A stretch of DNA of 61,882 bases, counting the filler. It is 6 parts of 6 records of this genome, joined end to end, with 100 filler letters (N's around TTAATTAATTAA, not from the genome) between each part and the next. Parts side by side here need not be neighbours in the genome. Positions count along the whole stretch, not along the records: positions 50,240 to 56,413 come from SRR2962707_3996; positions 56,514 to 61,882 come from SRR2962707_3998; 4 more parts are not named here. The stretch is one strand, 5' to 3'. A program made the position numbers and the translations under genes. The stretch's first letter is position 1, and each line of letters begins with the position of its first letter. Shown in pieces: positions 54,401 through 61,882 of the stretch. A model generated the notes under the pieces. The model was not told where the DNA came from. It made no database searches and saw only the letters and a program-made list of their open reading frames with translations.

Positions 54401-55843
54401 GCGAGGTCTACCACGTTGTCTTCTCCAGTTAAAAATATGGGCACGTCATCAGCTTCTTCATCTTCTGACGCTGCCACCTCGGCCGCCTCTGCCTCAGCAG
54501 CCGCAGCCTTGTCGGCCTGCTCCTTGGCCTCAGCCGCTGCGCGGTCGAGTGAACGGCGGCGGGCTTTGGCAAGTCTATAACCCCATGCTGCGCTGCCTGC
54601 AGCCTTCCAACGCCCTGCAAGCGCAGCAGCCTGGCCCGATCAATTACGAAGTGGAAGACCGTTTTTGGTATCGAGGAGTTGGCAGCGAAGGACACAACAT
54701 ACACAGAAATTCCCATGACACCCTTGCACTCGCATCACGCGTGACCGAGCAATAACAATCTTGCACGCATGTGATGCATGCATGGCCGAACAATCCAAAC
54801 AGTGTTTTTCAACGTAAATACCAAGCACCAAGACCATCCCGTACCCGATGCTCTTTGGCAAGGTCCTCATCTTTCAAAGCGCTCATTTCCTCTTCCAGTG
54901 CTGGGACCGGCTCTATCGAAAAATGTAACGCAGCCCCATCCGCCGCGTATTGCCGATCGAGTGATTCTAGAATGTCCATTTGCATTGGCGTTAGAGGGGA
55001 CATGTCGTCGAAGTCGTCCCCGTCACCACTCACGTATTGTTCGTCCCCTGCACCATCGTCATCCGGCTCTACTTTGTTCGAGGTGGAGCCGAGGGATAGG
55101 GCCGCCGGCCGCTGCAGGCTTTGACGAGTTGGAGAGTTGGGCTCGCTGCCAAACTCCTTTTCCAGGTCTCTATCAATGCCCTCAGTTGCATAGAAGTCAT
55201 CGGGATGCAGCATGTGGATGCGCCCCTCCGCAACTGCCCCCGGAGTCTTGTCGACGCGGTGGGCAGCGAGAGACTCTGCATCCAGGAGCGCCAACGTGCG
55301 TGGAGAAAGGGCAGGACGAGCTGCCGCCTGCGTGGAGTAAGGTTGTTCAGCACTATGTACGTTCCCACCGGCAGTATCATTTGAATTGGAAATCTCTTGG
55401 ACATTGCCATCACCAGTTGCAACAGAGTCATCAACGCTGAAGAGTTGAGCGTTCGGGGACCCGTCGGCGGTTGCAGCATTGCTGCTCTCCCAGTTCTTCT
55501 CCGCCTCGTCCTTCTTCACAGACGTGGCTCTTGTTGCTGGCACTGGAGTTGTTGCAGGGGTCGTAGCCAACGAAGAGGCTTTCAGAGAGGAGCGCGCTCC
55601 AGGGACACTCGCCGCTGGACTCGTGGGTGCGGACAGGACATTCGCCCGGGACTGGCTCGGGCTCTTCAGAGTCGCCATCTTCATCAGGCTCTGCGAGGAT
55701 ATTTTCCGCAGGCGAGACCAGGGACTCGGCGGATCTGGCCTCGACTTCTGCAGAGTCGACTGGGTTTGAGCCACCACGTCAAGCAGCGAGGGCATGCGCC
55801 GTGGCGCAGGATCGTCTTGGGCTCCCATGCCCAGCAGTGACAT
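51485..55843 (-). CDS. Large multi-exon low-complexity/coiled-coil protein
   Basis: Co-linear ORFs rich in S/P/A/E/Q with coiled-coil segments. The last exon, YEDELEQYREIVLLQQQQLEG...MGN, stops at 51485-51487. Confidence 0.6.
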
Positions 55844-56387
55844 TTCTCAAGAATTAAAAAAAATCCACCACGGAATTCCCGAAGAAACAAACAAACAAAC
55901 AAAAAAACCAAAAAAAAAAAATGGAAAACCCCTCGATGCCGACCGCATACAAAGATGGCCAGCCTCTCCGCAGACCGATCGCGGGAAGGCGGCGGCTGGA
56001 GCGAAGAAGAGTTCGCTGACGAACTTTCTCTCTCCGCTTCTCTTCCGCTCCCCTGTTTCGTTCGTTCACTTTTTTCGTGCACTTGAGTGAACGAGTGGGA
56101 ACTAGTGCCTGCTAGTGGTTCTACCGTTTGAGGAAAGAAATCCTCCTACGAAAACTCCAGACTACATCGCTCACTGTGTGTGAATACATATGTCACAATT
56201 CCTTTGCTTCTTGTTTCTTAGGCGTATTCGTGACTGTGCTCCCCCCCTGTGAACTTCGCATATCTCGTGCGTACTACGTCTTTGGTACTGCTTCCAGTGC
56301 GAGTGTGTGGACGTGAAAGCTGCGTCCGCTGATTGTGGAGGCGTGTGCGTGTACTACAGCGTAGTACACACATGAGTCTGGCCAACG

Positions 56388-56413
56388 TGAGTGAGTGGGT
56401 GAGTGAGTGAGTG
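56388..56413. repeat. (GTGA)n microsatellite
   Basis: Read directly at the contig end. Confidence 0.9.
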
Positions 56414-56513
56414 NNNNNNNNNNNNNNNNNNNNNNNNNNNNNNNNNNNNNNNNNNNNTTAATTAATTAANNNNNNNNNNNNNNNNNNNNNNNNNNNNNNN
56501 NNNNNNNNNNNNN
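56414..56513. other. Artificial contig-joining spacer
   Basis: N44-TTAATTAATTAA-N44. Confidence 0.99.
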
Positions 56514-56765
56514 AGGCGGTGTATTCAAGTTCGTTAATTTTAATTATTATTTTTTATTAATTAATAAAAATAATACTTACTTCTTGCTGACTTCTTGCGG
56601 CGCTCTATCTCTAACTTGTGACGCGAAATGCCGATTCTGTGGTGCTCAGCGTGCCAGGTGGTGGGGGCGTCCAAGCGTGAATGCAAAGGAGAATTGCCAG
56701 TAGTATTATGCCCACATGTTGTTGATTTTTACAGAGACCAACAACACCGCTCGTTGGGTCGTGGT

Positions 56766-56828
56766 CGTCGTTGTGAAGCCGAAGCGTCTCGCAGGAACGG
56801 CGTCGTTTTGTGAAGCCGAAGCGTCTCG
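56766..56828 (+). repeat. Short direct repeat, two copies (TTGTGAAGCCGAAGCGTCTCG core)
   Basis: Copies at 56766-56791 and 56801-56828. Confidence 0.8.
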
Positions 56829-57274
56829 AAGCCCATGAACGACAGTGAACAGCAAAAAAAACATTATATTATCAAGTTTCCACACACCGCCGCAAAGTGT
56901 CTTTTGTACAACAACCCACAAATATGGAATTTGATAAACCAGCAGACTCGCAGAGACAGCCCTTTGCGAGTTCGCTGTATGACTCGCAAATTTGACATTT
57001 TGAAACTTTTAGCCCTGCATGGTCAGACGGTGTGGATCATCGGGGTAGCATGTCCACATCAACACCAAGTCCATCGGGCATGTCGACCCGCAGGGACTGG
57101 AATCCCCCTGCAGTTTCTCTTGCTCTCTTCTTCGTCGTCGTTGCCGCGCAAGTTCCCTTATCAAACTAGCCATGCGTCTCATGTGGTGCCGATCTAATCA
57201 TTCGGGCAACATTCGTGTCATTGCGACCCAACAGCAAAGTACAGCTGCTCAAGCTACCTTTTCGTGCCCGAATT

Positions 57275-60200
57275 TTAGCTATTCTGCTGCGTTCGAGCTT
57301 CGATTGCCGATTCAAGCATGTTCACAATTTTGCTGTGCCCGGCTTTCCTAGCGTAGTTCAAAGGTGTCAGCTTCCAGCGATCCATAGGCTCGAGGTCTAT
57401 GCCTTCTTGTGCCAGCAGGTACCGCACGACACCCGAGTGTCCCTCCTCGCAAGCAAGGTGAAGTGCCGTGCGCGCATCATAGTCGCCTCCATTAACGAAG
57501 CCTGGACCATTGAGATTGTACCACAACTTGACAGTCCGAACGTCTCCTTTGGAAGCAGCTTCAATAAGGATACCGATGTGAGTCTCGTAGTCTCCACCTT
57601 TGTGGAACGTCGGATCCATTTTGCTCGTTGCACTTGGAAGCGCAGCATCGTAAATGTGAAAGTTGAAAGCTTTTGACATCAAACCACAGAATTTAAGGCC
57701 CCGGACACTGTTGCCAGATCGGTCCAGTGGCGGTGACCACGTGCAGATTCCCATCCGATTCGGGATAACGATGAGCATGGCCCCAGTGGCGCCGGACTTT
57801 GACGGGAAGCCGATTTTGAAAGCAAACTCGCCGGAGTAGTCGTACATGCCACAAGAGTACATTAGCGACAGACAGTCGCGAACGGTATTTTCCTTGAAAA
57901 TTCGCTCTCCAGAGACTGGACACCTGTCATCATTCAGGCCAAGTAAAAGTGGGTCAGTCAATGATCTGCTGGGGGAGAAAGAGAACGAAAGTCGTTTGTG
58001 AACATATCGGCATCTCAGGATCGGCATTCAAGGTGCTACATACACGCCACCATTTGCCAATGTTCCAGCAACAATCGACAACGCGTCAGCGTCCTGCTGG
58101 ATTGAACAACACATCAAATAGAACTCCAGGTTTTCGAGCAGGTCTTGGGTTGTCCGGATTTCTTCAGGGTATGAACCAGCCTCTGCCATCATGTACCTAC
58201 GGCAAAGAATGCCAAGTCAAAACTTGCCTTCGCGAATTTGGGCACAAAACAAAGCTCTCAAAGACGCAACACATGCAAGTGCAGTGTGAAGCGTACATCA
58301 AGCAACGGTTACGGTCTGCGGTTGCTGATTCCATTTCGTAGTTGTCCCGGTCCCACGTCCACGCACGGCGGTTGCCGGACAGGCGGTTCCAGTACTGGCC
58401 AATACAGTACTGGACGCGCGCCTCGGCATTTCCCAGCTGCGGCTGCACTAGAGCACACGACATGATCGAACCAGCATTCACAAAAGGGTTGTGTGGAACA
58501 GCAGGATCCGTGCGTCTGTCAAGAATAAGTTCGTTCACCGGCCGCCCCGATGGTTCCCGCCCAATGTGCTTGTTAACCTGACGTTGCACATTGACATTTT
58601 TGTGCCCAATGCAGTGAATCGATAAGCAGCACGCGGCAATTGACAGCACATACATTGGAAGGTACGTGTTTGGCCTCTCGTCGAAACCAATTTCGACAAC
58701 CTGACTCGAAACAACATTACGAGTTGTCGTACCTTGGCATAGCCCTTCTCTTCCAGGGCAATTAAATAAGTAATAGCCTTTGAGCATGCCTGCACATCGA
58801 ATGGCTCGTGCACATCGCCAAGCAGGATACGTTGCCCATCAATTGAACACACTGCTACTCCCCATTTGTCCCGATCGTGAGAACCTGGACAACCGCAGCC
58901 GCACGAAAGGTGTTGACGAGTGAAATACTGACCTACCTGCTAAATAAAACTCGCGCTCCACAAACACGGTTTCCGCCACTCACCAAGTTTCGGCATGAAC
59001 GTCAAATCTGATTCTGTTCCAGATTTTGTTGCCTTCACCTGATTAAATAAATCTTTAAACTGTTCCCGCACTTTGTCAAAGTCATGAAGCGCAACTTCGC
59101 CACAAAGGCATTTTCGGATCACAGAACTCCCAGTGTAGATCGCTTCGAAGCCAGAAGAATTTAAAATCTGTGTCAAGCAAATACAGGTAAAAAAAAATTC
59201 TGGCGAAATAGCAGTTGGCGCGCATACTGTTGCGGGCATGCAAAAAGACCCAGAACATCGCAACTCACCTGAGGATATTCTTTCAGCGCCTCAACCACTC
59301 TGCTATCCGTCCTTTCGACACCGACTTCTTCAATCAATTGAAGCACCTTCTCCGTTGCAATGGTGCGCCCGTCAGAGCTTCCAAGGGCTACAATGCCGGC
59401 GTGCTTCCCGGCAAGGGACTTGGAACCTTTTCGTTTAGACAGATACGAGACAATCTCTTTGAAGTTTTCCCGTTTGGCGTCATCGAGCGGTGTGTTGCCA
59501 AAACGATCACATACGTCAACGTTCGCCCCGTTCGCTACGAGGTACCTGACATGCAGAGCGAGGTCAGGTCAGATGATGCGAAAACAAAACTAGCTCAGTG
59601 CAAAATAGCCAGCGTGCATGCACTTTCGACGTACTTCACCATCTCAAGGTGGCCACTGGACGCGGCCACGTGTATTGCCGTTCGCCCGTCGTAGTCGCTG
59701 GCGTTGATGTCCAGAATACTCAAAATAAGTTGCATTGCGCGCGTGTTATCATTCTCGGAAGCTGCCCACATCAGGGCGCGTGACCGTTCGTCGCTGGAGC
59801 CACGATCACTCTTTGCGGCTGGGTTCTTCTTTTTACCTCTGCGGTTTCCCACCGCGTAGAAGGTTGACAAGAATAGATATCAAGACAGCCGTATTCAGTG
59901 AGCGTATTAACGTGGCATCGTGGCATGCACATTTTCTTCGACAATTGTAGAAAAGCACGGGATGCGAGAAAAAACATTTTGGGCTTCACGCACCGTACAA
60001 GCGAATCGTAGTTGTGAAAGGCAAACTTTTGAGCAAGGCCGTGGCACACTGCAACGCCGCGGACACTGTTACCAATCCCATCCAGCCTTGGGGAGAAGGT
60101 ACAGATGCCCATTAGGCCTGGAATAACAATCAAAATTCCGCCTCCAACACCGGACTTGGCCGGAAAACCCATCGTGAAAGCAAACTCTCCGGAGTAGTCG

Positions 60201-61882
60201 TACATGCCACACGATGCCATCAACGACAAGCAATTTCGCACATGGTGTTGCTCGAACACGCGCTTGCCAGTCATAGGATTCACCCCACCATTGGCCAGTG
60301 TCGCGGCAACTACGGACATCATTCTCGCAGACACTTCGATGGAACAGATCATGAAGTAAAGATTCAGCGTCTCGCGCAAGTTTGTGCCAGGCAGAAATGC
60401 CCCTGCTTCCTGCGTTCAAACCAGGCATCAACATCGACAAGAAGTGTGAGTTTGCTGCTCGTCTATCTTCACACCCAACAAGGACTTTCCACATTGGATT
60501 CACGTTTGTGTAACAACCGACCTGCATCATGTAGCCAAGGCAGAAATTGCGATCGGCTGTTGCCGCTTCGGATAAATACATGGAGTTTGCAAACGATGGG
60601 CGTTGTCCAGCCGACGTTTTGCTGTCACATCCACACAAGTCTGACCAAACCTTGGAGCACACAACATAAGCCCACGAACAGAGAATTTGTTGTTGCTAAG
60701 ATTGACAAAAGTATTGCCGACGTATCAATCATCCATGCTGCTGCGTGCACACGATGGTGTTGGCAGAAACAGGTAGTGCCGTGTCCACGACGACAACAAT
60801 AAGAAACGAACGTTGAAAATTTTCCGAAACCGATCTGCAATTGGGAGATCGTGGAACAACATAGAAGAAATCATAATTGCTCCCGCATTGATCATTGGAT
60901 TGTGGGGAACTTTCGTTCGTGGTTTGAAATTAGCACGCTGTTCTGGCGTCATTTTTTTCATTTTCCGCTGGTCACTTTGATACCTGTGAGGGGATACGGA
61001 CGTTAAATGGCAGAAGTCGAAGATGACCAATTTGAGGAAAATAAAAGCAAAGGCATCACTGAAGCAACCTCACAAAAGCTTACCCTCGCTCATCCAAGCA
61101 CATCTCGTTAAACGAGCGGCCCGAGGGTTCCATTCCAACATGACGGTGCACTTCCGTAACCCCAAGTAGTGACTGCGCGATGCAATACGATACAGCCTTA
61201 CTGCAACTTTGCACACCAAAGCGGCAATCAGTGTCTCCAACGTTGTACCTGCGGGCGTTTGATCAAATTGACTCAAAGATTAAGTTTCATCGCGGTGCGT
61301 GCCCACAACACAAACCAACTAAGGTGGCAAAAGTCGAATCCCATCCTCCAGCCACGCATCACGCATCAACGCGAACGAATGCATTCACCGACCGTTGCCC
61401 GTCAATTGTACAAATGCTAATCCCAAATAATTCCGGATCAACAAACTTTTCAGACAATTGTGGAATGTAATCTGCGTTGGCACCACTTCTGATGGGGAGC
61501 ACAGTTTCGTAAAGTGCATCTATGTCATCCCGCAGCTCCTCGAAGTCAGCCACCACCAACTGGCCGCTCAAAGCACGGCTGATCAGCACACTATGCTCGC
61601 GGATGTGCTCAAAATCCTCCATTGTGACAACTCCATCACCTTCTTCGAACGTCTTGATAATCTATCGCAATCAGCCCATGACGACAAGCTGAGTACAGGC
61701 TTCCAGGAAAAACGCCAAAAAATCAACACAGCCATTGAACGTGTGTTTTGAAACAGTTACTCCTCCAAGTACGTACATCGCGAATGCGACAGTCATCGGG
61801 GAGCAACCCATGCATGGCAAGCACGTCTTTGAGTTGCCGTGCCGAGAATGACGTGCGACGTTGCAGAGAGCCCTTCGGCTTG
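57275..61882 (-). CDS. Tandem double glutaminase: [EF-like/glutaminase/ankyrin] x2, multi-exon, 5'-incomplete
   Basis: Module 1: [46 protein letters not shown], ankyrin DYDGRTAIH. Module 2: [44 protein letters not shown], ankyrin DYDARTALH. The linker exons join without a stop. Confidence 0.9.

Noticed and set aside
9738-56513. Recurring TTAATTAATTAA as a biological repeat, or bacterium-to-eukaryote HGT by adjacency
   Set aside because: These are identical 100-bp N-padded linkers added during contig concatenation.

Overview
This window is not one locus. It is six unrelated contigs joined by five artificial 100-bp spacers (N44-TTAATTAATTAA-N44). Five contigs (1-9737, 9838-18718, 18819-28285, 50240-56413, 56514-61882) come from a compact, intron-rich microbial eukaryote, possibly a stramenopile-like protist (inference). 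They carry a mitochondrial 2Fe-2S ferredoxin, COG3, UTP20, a secreted adhesin-like beta-roll protein, a SAM-like/EGF/glycine-rich protein, a TPR protein, a coiled-coil protein and two unusual genes. The first is a five-exon divergent UFM1-like gene, split so that the ORF track misses it, with an N-terminal extension and Ala in place of the terminal Gly. The second is a tandem double glutaminase whose second module lacks the catalytic Ser (QSCSK vs QACSK). Contig 28386-50139 is bacterial (Bacteroidota, likely Cytophagia). It holds an integrative mobilizable element at a tRNA-Leu 3' end (integrase, Xis, putative Rep, ParA plus partner, oriT-like hairpin, MobC, relaxase) and a second relic tRNA-Leu att scar. 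It also holds a vanZ-like gene bracketed by a duplicated creD 3' end, a creD/wHTH unit with a shared palindromic operator, bestrophin, a PadR-permease-serine hydrolase module, rlmD and a truncated T9SS-type protein. All calls come from reading the sequence by eye; no searches were run.
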